From contig CAYLTU010000003.1 in NCBI GenBank assembly GCA_964386465.1, positions 1 to 50,233 on the forward strand: DNA of 50,233 bases, written 5' to 3'. Shown piece after piece: positions 22,604-32,079 of this stretch (position 1 is its first letter; every line of letters begins with the position of its first letter). The translations under genes and the position numbers were made by a program. The stretch comes from an uncultured Rhodospirillaceae bacterium (GTDB lineage: Bacteria > Pseudomonadota > Alphaproteobacteria > UBA8366 > GCA-2717185). The notes beneath the pieces were generated by a model. It did no database searches. It was not told the DNA's origin and saw only the letters and a list, made by a program, of their open reading frames with translations.

Positions 22604-23145
22604 CGAAACAGATCGAAACGAATGCCGTCGCGCCGTTCGCCGCTGTTGTCTATCCACGCGGTGCCGAGGTGCTGGGCTTCCTGAAGTCGTTCGCCGAAGG
22701 CCTGAAGCGGGTCGGCGTGCGGGTCGCCGGCTGCGTCCAGGAAGGCGTGTATGACCAAGACGGGGCTTTCCTGGGTATCGACGCCATCGACGTCACCGGC
22801 GACAGCCGCCGCGTTCCCATTAAACGGTTGACCCACGTGAACCGCGTGACCGAGACATGCGGACTTGATGTCGCCGCCCTGGTAGGCACGAGCGGCATCC
22901 TGCGTCAGGCTATTGCCGCGCGCGTCGAACTGATCGTGTTCGACAAGTTTGGCGCCGAGGAACAGCACGGTCGCGGCCTGTCGGATGAGCTGTTTCACGC
23001 CATCAGCTCGGACGTCCCTCTGCTGATTACGGTCCCTGAAGCGGCCCTGGATATCTGGACCGACCGGAGCGGCGGCATGGGAACCGTCTTGCCTCTCGAC
23101 GCGACGACGGTCGAACGGTGGTGGCGCGGGGTTTCGGGAGGATAG
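22600..23145 (+). CDS. DUF2478-like protein (P-loop NTPase-like fold)
   Basis: G.RVAG.VQ, C.LD..AL, KFG..E..GRGL, PLL..V and terminal W motifs; ATGA overlap with the upstream pseudogene stop. Confidence 0.75.
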   Translation: MTKQIETNAVAPFAAVVYPRGAEVLGFLKSFAEGLKRVGVRVAGCVQEGVYDQDGAFLGIDAIDVTGDSRRVPIKRLTHVNRVTETCGLDVAALVGTSGILRQAIAARVELIVFDKFGAEEQHGRGLSDELFHAISSDVPLLITVPEAALDIWTDRSGGMGTVLPLDATTVERWWRGVSGG

Positions 23146-23452
23146 GGGTTGTCCAATCGCTGCCGTCAATCCCCGGCTTAATGTTCCGCGACCGCTCTCC
23201 TTTTCGCCCAAGTTAAACGCTTACAAATCACAACATTTAAACTAACAAGCGACCGCGATTACCCTATGTCTTTCTTTTTGCATAACCGTTGTTCGCGGCG
23301 CTGAATTCCGCCAAAAAACATGAGGGAAAGGCCTACCCCTCCCTCTTTATTTAACGAAACGGCCGCGGCGTGCGAGGAATGCTCGCCACTCGGCTCGCAC
23401 GGCGTCGCCGGTTATTTCTTCGAGCGGGCCGAATTTGCCGGCCCGATCCGCG

Positions 23453-26400
23453 CTACAGATCCTGCACGTCGATAACGCCCGGGATCGCCTTCACCGCCGA
23501 GCGAACGGCAACCGAAATCGCGTAGCCCCGCGGCAGATCCATTTCAATCTCCCGGTCTCCCGCCTCGAGCGTAATCCGAACCTTTCCCGGCCCAAACTCG
23601 CCATGTTCCTGGAACACCGTCGCCAGGCTGCTCAGCGGCGCCTTGTCGCGGACGAAGACGCGCAGGCCCGCCGCCGCCTTAACCGCCGCTTCGTCCAAGG
23701 GTTGGACGTCCTGCGCGGTCAGGCGAAAACCGTCGTTCCATTGCTGGACATCGACGACGGCGATCAATGGCGCGCCCGATTCCAGTAATTCCCGGCTCAC
23801 AGCGAGTACTTCGGAGAAGACGGTGACTTCGAACGAACCGCTGGCGTCAGACATCTGAACGAAGGCCATCTTCGCGCCGCGCGACGACGTCGTGAAGCGG
23901 CGGGAGGACACGATCCCGGCAAGCTTGATACGGCCTTCGCTCATGCGGCCGGAAGTGACCGCGGCCCACTCGACGACGCCCAGTTTCTCGCAGGTCTTGC
24001 GATATGAGGCGAGAGGGTGCGACGACAGGTAGAAACCCACCGCTTCGAATTCCTGCTGCAACCGTTCCTGGACCGCCCAATCGTCCATTTCCGGCAAGGG
24101 CGGTATGACCGCGGCCGTATCCTCGACCCCGAACAGGTTGACCTGCTTGCTCTCCCTGTCGTTCTGCGCCGCGTTCGCGTGCCGAACAAGCGTCTCGACA
24201 GCTTCGAATACCTGATGGCGGTTCGGATTGAGAGAGTCGAAGGCGCCGGCCCGGCTGAGATTCTCGACCTGCCGCTTGTTCAGAACGCTGGTGTCGAGCC
24301 GTCCGGCGAAGTCGAATACCGACTCGTAGGGCCCGTTTTGTTTCCGCTCCCGGACAACCGTATCCATCGCCGCCGCGCCGACATTCTTCAGCGCCGCCAG
24401 GGCGTAGCGCACCGCGCTTTCGCTATCGCCGATCGCTTCGACAGTGAAATCGACCGCGGATTTGTTGATGTCCGGCGGCAGCAGCGCGATTTCCATACGG
24501 TCGAGCTCTGCCCGGAAGAGACCGAGTTTATCGGTATTGCCCATATCCTCGCTCATCGAGGCGGCGAAGAACTCGACCGGATAGTTGGCCTTCAAATAGG
24601 CCGTCTGGTAGGCGACGAGCGCATAGGCGGCGGCGTGCGATTTGTTGAACCCGTAACCGGCGAACTTGGCGACCTGATCGAAAATCCGCCCGGCCAGCGC
24701 TTGCCCGACATCGTTGGCAACGGCGCCTTCGACGAAATTCTGCCGCTGCGCGTCCATTTCCGCCTGGATCTTCTTGCCCATGGCGCGTCGCAGCAGGTCG
24801 GCGCCGCCGAGGCTGAACCCCGACAGGGTCTGCGCGATCTGCATCACCTGTTCCTGGTAGATCATGATGCCGTAGGTTTCCTTCAGGATCCCTTCGAGCG
24901 ACGGGTGCAGATAGTCCGGCGTCTCCTCGCCATGCTTGCGCTTGATAAAGCTCGGAATATTGTCCATTGGCCCCGGACGATACAGTGCCACGACCGCTAT
25001 GATGTCCCCGAAACGGTCAGGCCGGAGCTTCTTCAGGACATCCCGTAATCCGGAACTTTCCAACTGGAACACGCCGGTCGTATCGGCGCGGCAGAGCATT
25101 TCATAGGTTTTTGCATCGTCCAGCGGGAGCTGATCGAGCGCGATGTCCACGCCGCGCTCGCGCAGGCGCCGCACCGTGCTGGACAGCACGGTCAGCGTTT
25201 TAAGGCCGAGAAAATCGAACTTCACCAGACCGGCCTGTTCGACATATTTCATGTTGAACTGGGTGACCGGCATCGTCGAACGCGAGTCGCGATAGAGCGG
25301 CACTAGCTCCTGCAACGGCCGGTCGCCGATGACCACGCCCGCGGCATGTGTCGAGGCGTGACGGTAAAGACCTTCCAATTTCAAAGACATTCCGACCAGA
25401 CGATCGACCGACGGGTCTTCCTTGCGCATTTCCTGCAGCATGGGCTCGTCGTTGAGCGCCTTCTTCAGGCTAACCGGGTTGGCCGGGTTGTAGGGGACCA
25501 GCTTGCTGATCCGGTCCACCTGACCGTACGGCATTTCGAGCACCCGGCCGACGTCGCGCAGCACCGCGCGCGCTTCCAGCTTACCGAAGGTGATTATTTG
25601 GGCGACCCTGTCGAAACCGTATTCCTTCTGCACGTAGCGGATAACGTCGTCGCGCCGGTCCTTACAGAAATCGATGTCGAAATCCGGCATCGACACGCGT
25701 TCCGGGTTGAGAAAACGTTCGAACAGCAGATCGAAACGCAGCGGATCGAGATCGGTGATGGTCAGCGCCCAGGCAACCACCGATCCAGCACCCGAGCCGC
25801 GTCCCGGCCCCACCGGAATGTCCTCGTTCTTCGCCCATTGGATAAAGTCGGCGACGATCAGGAAATATCCCGGAAAGCCCATCTGCGCGATGACATCGAG
25901 CTCGTACTGTACGCGCTCGCGATATGGTTTCGCGGTCGCCTCGCGCTCTTCCGCGCTTTGCCCTTCGACATAGACCTGGCTTTCAAGCCGTTCTTCCAAT
26001 CCCGCCGCCGCCATCTCGCGCAGCACTTCCTCCTCGCCACGCCCTTCCAACTTTGGATAAGGCGGCAGGATCGGCGCCCGCGTGTCCGGCATGTAGGCAC
26101 AGCGTTGCGCGATGACGAGCGTGTTCGCGACCGCCTCGGGCAGATCGGCGAACAATTCGCACATTTCTTCCGGCGTCTTGAAATAATGTTCGGCCGTGAC
26201 CCGCCGCCGGTCGGTCCGCGACACGGTCGCCCCGGCAGCGATGCACATCAACGCATCATGCGCTTCATACATGCCCCTGTCGGCGAAAAAGACCTCGTTG
26301 GTCGCGACCAAGGGGATATTGTGCGCGTAGGCCATCTCGATAAGGGCCGGTTCGATCTGCTCTTCGTCCAGCTGGCCGTGCCGCATCAGTTCAATATACA

Positions 26401-26914
26401 GGCGGCCATCGAACAGCTTCTCCAGCCGCACCAGCATTTCCTCCGCAGCCGGCCGTTGACCTTCGACCAGCAGGCGGCCGACCGCACCGCCGACCCCACC
26501 GGTCAATGCGATCAGTCCGGCATTCCGCGTTTCGAGGTCCGCAAGGGCGACTTGCGGCGAATCCTCCGCCGCGGAGTTAAGGTAGGACCGGCTCACGAGA
26601 TCGAGGAGATTGCCGTATCCTTGCTCCGACTGCGCCAGCAACACGAGCCAATCGCTGGCGAGGCCCGCGCCGCCAAGCACGCCCGAATCTTCGCGCTGTA
26701 TTGCGATCTGACACCCAATGATCGGCTGAACGCCCTTCGTTCGCATCGCGAGCGAGAATTCCAGGGCACCGAAAAGATTTCCGGTATCCGCAACGCCGAC
26801 GGCCGGCATGTCGTGCTTCGCACAGAGTTCGGCCAAGTCGGGAATCTTGATCGCGCCCTCGGACAGCGAGAAGGCATCATGGACTCTGAGATGAACGAAA
26901 TCCGCATGCGGCAT
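23453..26914 (-). CDS. dnaE: DNA polymerase III alpha subunit
   Basis: FVHLRVH PHP domain, GPGRGSGAGS, FLNPERVSMPDFDIDF, KFDFLGL, FAGYGFNKSH; no intein-sized insert. Confidence 0.98.
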   Translation of the reverse strand: MPHADFVHLRVHDAFSLSEGAIKIPDLAELCAKHDMPAVGVADTGNLFGALEFSLAMRTKGVQPIIGCQIAIQREDSGVLGGAGLASDWLVLLAQSEQGYGNLLDLVSRSYLNSAAEDSPQVALADLETRNAGLIALTGGVGGAVGRLLVEGQRPAAEEMLVRLEKLFDGRLYIELMRHGQLDEEQIEPALIEMAYAHNIPLVATNEVFFADRGMYEAHDALMCIAAGATVSRTDRRRVTAEHYFKTPEEMCELFADLPEAVANTLVIAQRCAYMPDTRAPILPPYPKLEGRGEEEVLREMAAAGLEERLESQVYVEGQSAEEREATAKPYRERVQYELDVIAQMGFPGYFLIVADFIQWAKNEDIPVGPGRGSGAGSVVAWALTITDLDPLRFDLLFERFLNPERVSMPDFDIDFCKDRRDDVIRYVQKEYGFDRVAQIITFGKLEARAVLRDVGRVLEMPYGQVDRISKLVPYNPANPVSLKKALNDEPMLQEMRKEDPSVDRLVGMSLKLEGLYRHASTHAAGVVIGDRPLQELVPLYRDSRSTMPVTQFNMKYVEQAGLVKFDFLGLKTLTVLSSTVRRLRERGVDIALDQLPLDDAKTYEMLCRADTTGVFQLESSGLRDVLKKLRPDRFGDIIAVVALYRPGPMDNIPSFIKRKHGEETPDYLHPSLEGILKETYGIMIYQEQVMQIAQTLSGFSLGGADLLRRAMGKKIQAEMDAQRQNFVEGAVANDVGQALAGRIFDQVAKFAGYGFNKSHAAAYALVAYQTAYLKANYPVEFFAASMSEDMGNTDKLGLFRAELDRMEIALLPPDINKSAVDFTVEAIGDSESAVRYALAALKNVGAAAMDTVVRERKQNGPYESVFDFAGRLDTSVLNKRQVENLSRAGAFDSLNPNRHQVFEAVETLVRHANAAQNDRESKQVNLFGVEDTAAVIPPLPEMDDWAVQERLQQEFEAVGFYLSSHPLASYRKTCEKLGVVEWAAVTSGRMSEGRIKLAGIVSSRRFTTSSRGAKMAFVQMSDASGSFEVTVFSEVLAVSRELLESGAPLIAVVDVQQWNDGFRLTAQDVQPLDEAAVKAAAGLRVFVRDKAPLSSLATVFQEHGEFGPGKVRITLEAGDREIEMDLPRGYAISVAVRSAVKAIPGVIDVQDL

Positions 26915-27013
26915 ACGGTGACTCCCTGGCGCGCTGTTTTACCAGCCCTCTTGGCCGACTATCACACCGTAGAATGACGGATACGCCGATCTAATTTAAG
27001 CCGATAGTGTCGA

Positions 27014-27697
27014 TCACTCCGGGATCAACCTGCCGTCCTCCAATCGAACGACCCGGTCCATTTTCGCCGCCAAGTCGAGATTGTGCGTCGCGATAACCGC
27101 GGCAAGTCCGCTTTCCCGAACGAATTCAATCAACAATCCGAAAACGTCCTCGGCCGTATGCGTATCGAGATTGCCTGTCGGCTCGTCCGCCAGCAGCAGT
27201 CTCGGGCCGTTCGCCAGCGCCCGCGCGATCGCGACGCGTTGCTGCTCGCCACCCGACAATCGTGCCGGGCGATGGCTGGCCCGCTCTTGCAGGCCCACCG
27301 ATTCGATCAAATCGGCCGCGCGCTGCCGCGCCTCGCGGCGCGCGCGACCGGCTATCATCTGCGGCAGCATGACGTTTTCGATCGCCGAAAATTCCGGCAA
27401 CAGATGATGAAACTGATAGACGAAGCCGATTTCGTTGCGCCGAACGTCCGTTCGGGCGCTGTCGGACATCGCACCGCAGATCTTTCCGGCAACGTGCACC
27501 TCGCCGCCGTCCGGCAGTTCGAGCAGGCCTGCGACATGGAGCAGAGTCGATTTTCCCGCACCCGACGGCCCTATCAGGCCGACGAGTTCTCCCGCGGGCA
27601 CCACCAGGGACGCCTCCCGGATCACTTCGAGGGGCGATCCTGCCTGTTCGTAGGTCCTGACGACCGCGTCGAGTTCGAGGACCGCAGGATCACTCAT
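27014..27697 (-). CDS. lolD: Lipoprotein-releasing ABC transporter ATP-binding protein
   Basis: [35 protein letters not shown]. Confidence 0.95.
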   Translation of the reverse strand: MSDPAVLELDAVVRTYEQAGSPLEVIREASLVVPAGELVGLIGPSGAGKSTLLHVAGLLELPDGGEVHVAGKICGAMSDSARTDVRRNEIGFVYQFHHLLPEFSAIENVMLPQMIAGRARREARQRAADLIESVGLQERASHRPARLSGGEQQRVAIARALANGPRLLLADEPTGNLDTHTAEDVFGLLIEFVRESGLAAVIATHNLDLAAKMDRVVRLEDGRLIPE

Positions 27698-28934
27698 ACC
27701 GCAAGACTTCCACGGGATCGAGACGCGCCGCCCGGCGCGCGGGAAGTATCGAGGCCAGGAATGACAAGGTCAGCGCCATGACGATCACGGCAATCGCCTC
27801 GACGGGGTCGATCTCGGCCGGTAGGCGCGACAGATAATATACGGTCGAGTCGAAGAGGTCGGTCCCGCTCACCCCCTGGATCAACTGCCGGAGGCCTTCG
27901 ATATTCTGGGCAAAGGCGATCCCGAGAACGCTGCCGGCAACCGTGCCGACGATGCCGACGCTGGCGCCCGTCATGAAGAAAATTCGCAGGATCATGCCCT
28001 GCGTGGCGCCCATGGTGCGCAATATCGCAATTCCCTTGCCCTTGTCGTTCACCAGCATGATCTGGCTGGATATCACGTTGAAGACGGCGACGATGATGAT
28101 CAAGGTGAGGATCATGAACATCACGACGCGCTCGACCTGAAGCGCGGTGAAAAAGCTCGAATTGATGCGCTGCCAGTCGATGACCCGGAATCCGGCGCCG
28201 ATCGCCTGGCGGATTTCGACGCCGATTTCGTAAGCGCGGTCGGGATTGTCGGTTATCACTTCGATCGCCGTCGCCTGTCCCTTCTTGCGGAAGAATATCT
28301 GCGCCTGCTTGAACGGCATGTAGATGAACGTGCTGTCATACTCCGACATGCCGACCTCGAAGATGGCGGCAACCGGATAGGCCTTCATGCGCGGTACAGT
28401 GCCGAACGCGCTGGGATTGCCGCGCGGCGAAACCAGGGTCACCTTGTCGCCCGGCCGCAAGCGCATGGAGCGCGCCATGCGGCTGCCGATAATCACGCTC
28501 TTGCTGTCCTCGAACCCTTCAAGATCGCCACCGACGATGTTGTCGACGAGCAAGGGCCGTCGCCGAAAATCCTCCTCGCGCAGGCCCCGCACCAGCGCCC
28601 CGTTCGCCACGCCGCGCGCCGTCGCCATCACCTGCCCTTCCACGAGCGGCGCGGCGGTCACGACGTTCGGCAGCTCGCGGATTTTCGCCGTAATCTGCTC
28701 GTAGTCCTCGAGTTTACGGGTGCTCGCCAAGACGTTGACATGCCCGTTGACGCCGAGGATCCGGGTCAGCAGTTCCTGCCGGAATCCGTTCATGACGGCC
28801 ATGACGATGATCAGCGTCGCGACGCCGAGCGTAATGCCGGCGAGCGAGAAAATCGCGATGACAGAGATGAAACCTTCCTGCCGCCTGGCGCGCAGAAAGC
28901 GCAGGGCGACGAGACGTTCGAACGCGGTAAACAC
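27690..28934 (-). CDS. lolE: Lipoprotein-releasing ABC transporter permease (LolC/LolE family)
   Basis: [50 protein letters not shown]. Confidence 0.92.
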   Translation of the reverse strand: MFTAFERLVALRFLRARRQEGFISVIAIFSLAGITLGVATLIIVMAVMNGFRQELLTRILGVNGHVNVLASTRKLEDYEQITAKIRELPNVVTAAPLVEGQVMATARGVANGALVRGLREEDFRRRPLLVDNIVGGDLEGFEDSKSVIIGSRMARSMRLRPGDKVTLVSPRGNPSAFGTVPRMKAYPVAAIFEVGMSEYDSTFIYMPFKQAQIFFRKKGQATAIEVITDNPDRAYEIGVEIRQAIGAGFRVIDWQRINSSFFTALQVERVVMFMILTLIIIVAVFNVISSQIMLVNDKGKGIAILRTMGATQGMILRIFFMTGASVGIVGTVAGSVLGIAFAQNIEGLRQLIQGVSGTDLFDSTVYYLSRLPAEIDPVEAIAVIVMALTLSFLASILPARRAARLDPVEVLRYE

Positions 28935-28948
28935 TTCAGGCTCCCAAC

Positions 28949-30268
28949 CTAACCGACCAACCGCGTCAGCGCTGCATCGACCGTCAATTCTTTGGTCTCG
29001 CCGGAACGCCGGTTCTTCAACTCGACCTTGCCTTCCTTCAGCCCGCGCGGACCCGCGATCAGTTGCCAGGGCAGACCGATCAGGTCCATGTCCGCGAACT
29101 TCGCGCCCGCCCGCTCCTCGCGGTCGTCGTACAGTACCTCAACGCCGGCACCGTTCAGCTTCGCATACATGTCGCCGCAGGCTGCGTCGCAGGCGTCATC
29201 GCCCGCGCGCAAATTGACTAGTCCGACCTTGAAGGGCGCAACCGACTCCGGCCAGATGATCCCCTTGTCGTCATGGCTCGCCTCGATGATGGCACCGACC
29301 AGCCGCGAGACGCCGATGCCGTACGAACCCATCTGAACCGGCACGTCCTCCCCGTCCGGCGTCGAAACGAAGGCGCCGAGAGGCTTGGAGTATTTGTCGC
29401 CGAAGAAAAAGATATGTCCGACCTCGATTCCGCGCGCCGACACGCGGCGATCTTCTGGAACCTCGCTCTCGAAACGGGCCGCGTCGTGCATTTCGTCGGT
29501 CGCCGCGTACAGGCTGGTCCATTCGTCGACGATCGGCTGCAAATCGGTGTCGTAATCGATATCGCGCTGCAGAACGTCGCGTTCGAGGAAGTCGCGATGG
29601 CAGAACACCTCGCTCTCGCCGGTATCGGCTAAAATGATGAATTCGTGGCTCATATCGCCGCCGATCGGGCCGGTTTCCGCCTGCATCGGGATGGCCTGCA
29701 GTTCCATGCGCGCGTATGTGCGCAGGTAGGAGACGAACATCTTGTTGTAGGCAACCCTCCCGGCCTCGGGATCGAGATCGAAGGAATAGGCGTCCTTCAT
29801 CAGAAACTCGCGGCCGCGCATGACTCCGAACCGGGGCCGCACCTCGTCTCTGAACTTCCACTGGATGTGATAGAGGTTCTTGGGCAGGTGCCGGTAGCTC
29901 TTCACATGCGCGCTGAAGATTTCGGTGATCAGTTCCTCGTTTGTCGGGCCGTACAGCATCTCGCGGTCGTGCCGGTCGGTGATGCGCAGCATTTCCTGGC
30001 CATAATCCTCATAACGACCGCTTTGCCGCCAAAGGTCGGCCGACTGAATCGTCGGCATCAGCATTTCCTGCGCGCCCGACGCGTTCTGCTCCTCGCGCAC
30101 GATCTGCTCGATCTTCTTCATCACGCGATAGCCCATCGGCAGCCAGGAATAGATCCCGGCGCTCGCCTGACGGATCATGCCGGCCCGCAACATATAGCGG
30201 TGCGAAACGATCTGCGCCTCGCTCGGCGTTTCCTTCAAGGTGGGGAGAAAATATTGGGAGAGGCGCAT
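28949..30268 (-). CDS. proS: Proline--tRNA ligase (short alphaproteobacterial form)
   Basis: [51 protein letters not shown]. Confidence 0.97.
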   Translation of the reverse strand: MRLSQYFLPTLKETPSEAQIVSHRYMLRAGMIRQASAGIYSWLPMGYRVMKKIEQIVREEQNASGAQEMLMPTIQSADLWRQSGRYEDYGQEMLRITDRHDREMLYGPTNEELITEIFSAHVKSYRHLPKNLYHIQWKFRDEVRPRFGVMRGREFLMKDAYSFDLDPEAGRVAYNKMFVSYLRTYARMELQAIPMQAETGPIGGDMSHEFIILADTGESEVFCHRDFLERDVLQRDIDYDTDLQPIVDEWTSLYAATDEMHDAARFESEVPEDRRVSARGIEVGHIFFFGDKYSKPLGAFVSTPDGEDVPVQMGSYGIGVSRLVGAIIEASHDDKGIIWPESVAPFKVGLVNLRAGDDACDAACGDMYAKLNGAGVEVLYDDREERAGAKFADMDLIGLPWQLIAGPRGLKEGKVELKNRRSGETKELTVDAALTRLVG

Positions 30269-30337
30269 CGCGGCAGCTCGCTAATCGGTCATGGCGGATT
30301 TTCGCGAATGTAGGGGTTGCCCCTACCCTTGTCCACG

Positions 30338-30760
30338 CTACTTAGTCTTGCGTAGCCTTTCCTTGCATTTCTTCGAGATCCGCCGGGTTTCCGAACGGGT
30401 GAGCGGCTTGCCGTTGAAGGTCGCGCGGCGCTTTTTCATGTCGAAGCTCACCTTGCCGACCTCGAGCGAGGTTTCGCCAAAACGCGCCGCACCGCCCTTG
30501 AGCGGATTGAGCGCAACCGGGAACTCGATCACCTCGGGTACGAGATTTCTCAGATTGGGCGATGCTTCCACATCCGCCGGTACGACCTTTTTGCCGCGAA
30601 CATCTACGCCGGGCTGATAGGCCACATCGGCCGACGGGTGATGCTCGACGATCCGGATACAGTCCGATTTGGTGATACGGACCGCCGTGTCCTCGGCCGC
30701 CTGCGAATCCGTCGCGGCCATTATCAGCAGAATTGCCGACGCTAGGCGTATCTTGTTCAT
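30338..30760 (-). CDS. Hypothetical secreted protein
   Basis: Signal peptide (MNKIRL..SQA), two Cys, co-oriented and fills the gap between tag and proS. Confidence 0.7.
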   Translation of the reverse strand: MNKIRLASAILLIMAATDSQAAEDTAVRITKSDCIRIVEHHPSADVAYQPGVDVRGKKVVPADVEASPNLRNLVPEVIEFPVALNPLKGGAARFGETSLEVGKVSFDMKKRRATFNGKPLTRSETRRISKKCKERLRKTK

Positions 30761-30823
30761 ACCGATCCTCGATAAAACGAAGGAGACGGAATTGTGCTTA
30801 CAAAAATCGGGCCAAATTACGGC

Positions 30824-31381
30824 CTATTCATCGAAAATCGACAGATCGACTGCCATCCAGGGCGGCCTCAGACGCTCCAGTTTCCTGTGGATCGGGCAAT
30901 TCGGCACATGCGCGCCAGGCAGATAGCCGGTACTCATCAGGAACTCGCCGGTAATTTCGCCGCCGGTGAACAGGAAGGTTTTCTTGAACAGTTTAACCCA
31001 GTCCGTCTTCGGCATCGGATGATGCGCGTCGAGCCAGGCCTTGAAGCCGCCATGACTGTCGCGCATCGCCCGAACCCGGCCGGCGTTCTCGATCGCGGCG
31101 TTGACCTTCAGACGGTTGCGGATGATCGCCGCGTCCGTCAGCAGGCGCGCGCGGTCGTCGTCCGTGAAGTCGGCGACCATATCGACATCGAACCCTCGAA
31201 AAGCTTTATCGAACGCGGCACGCTTCTTCAGCACGGTCAGCCAGGACAGGCCGGCCTGATTGATCTCCAGCACCAGCCGCTCTAACAAGACGGATTCCTC
31301 CGTCGTCGGGAACCCGTACTCCGTATCGTGGTACGGGCCGTGGAACGGATGGCCCGGTGCGGAATCGCAATAGCCGGTCAT
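30824..31381 (-). CDS. tag: DNA-3-methyladenine glycosylase I
   Basis: YHDTEYGFP, LE..QAGLSWLTVLKKR, IIRNRLKV, FTGGEI, H...C Zn ligands; start set at ATG 31381. Confidence 0.92.
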   Translation of the reverse strand: MTGYCDSAPGHPFHGPYHDTEYGFPTTEESVLLERLVLEINQAGLSWLTVLKKRAAFDKAFRGFDVDMVADFTDDDRARLLTDAAIIRNRLKVNAAIENAGRVRAMRDSHGGFKAWLDAHHPMPKTDWVKLFKKTFLFTGGEITGEFLMSTGYLPGAHVPNCPIHRKLERLRPPWMAVDLSIFDE

Positions 31382-31394
31382 GATCCCGCTTTCG

Positions 31395-31637
31395 TCATGC
31401 CGACATATCGCGCAGGTCGATCCAACCCGCATCGACCACGAACCAGATGATGATGGTGATCACGGCCGCAATTGCGGTGGTGACACCGGCTTTCAACCAA
31501 AGGCGCGGATTTTCGGGCGCGCCCGCTTCGTGAACTGGTTCTGGATTTTCGGGACGGCGCACGCCCCAGGGCAACACCATGAAGAAGATCATCCACCATG
31601 TGATGACGAAAACGATACCGGAACCGACCCAACCCAT
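31395..31637 (-). CDS. DUF1467 family membrane protein
   Basis: WW..FF.VLPWGV and GAP..P.L..K motifs; usual position after mce. Confidence 0.85.
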   Translation of the reverse strand: MGWVGSGIVFVITWWMIFFMVLPWGVRRPENPEPVHEAGAPENPRLWLKAGVTTAIAAVITIIIWFVVDAGWIDLRDMSA

Positions 31638-31643
31638 AGATAT

Positions 31644-32048
31644 TTAAACCTGTTCCAGTTCTACCAGGGTGCCGGCGAAATCCTTCGGATGCAGGAAGAT
31701 CACCGGCTTATCGTGTGCCCCGTTCGTCGGTTCACCGTCGCCCAACACGCGCGCACCCTGTTCCACAAGCCGGTCCCGGGCGACATAGATATCGGATACT
31801 TCGTAGCAGACATGGTGCATGCCACCGGAAGGATTCTTGTCGAGAAACGGTAGAATTGGCGACCCCTCCCCCAGCGGATGCAGCAGTTCGATCTTGCTGT
31901 TTTCCAATTCGACGAAAACGACGGTCACCCCATGCGCGGGCAGGTCCCGCGGTTCGGTCACGCTGGCGCCGAGCGCATCGCGGTACATCGCACTGGCCCC
32001 CTTGAGGTCCGGAACGGCAATGGCCAAATGGTTCAAACGACCGATCAT
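31644..32048 (-). CDS. mce: Methylmalonyl-CoA epimerase
   Basis: MIGRLNH.AIAVPDL, HGV.VVF, GGMHHVCYEV, GAH.KPV.FLHPKD..GTLVELEQ. Confidence 0.95.
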   Translation of the reverse strand: MIGRLNHLAIAVPDLKGASAMYRDALGASVTEPRDLPAHGVTVVFVELENSKIELLHPLGEGSPILPFLDKNPSGGMHHVCYEVSDIYVARDRLVEQGARVLGDGEPTNGAHDKPVIFLHPKDFAGTLVELEQV

Positions 32049-32079
32049 CGGTTACGTCTCCCGAATTTCCTCTCAGCGC

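Noticed and set aside
23453-26914. Intein or intron in dnaE
   Set aside because: 1153 aa is a normal length, motifs are continuous and no splice-junction signature was seen
28949-30268. ProRS lacking the editing insertion as a novelty
   Set aside because: The short form is the usual alphaproteobacterial type
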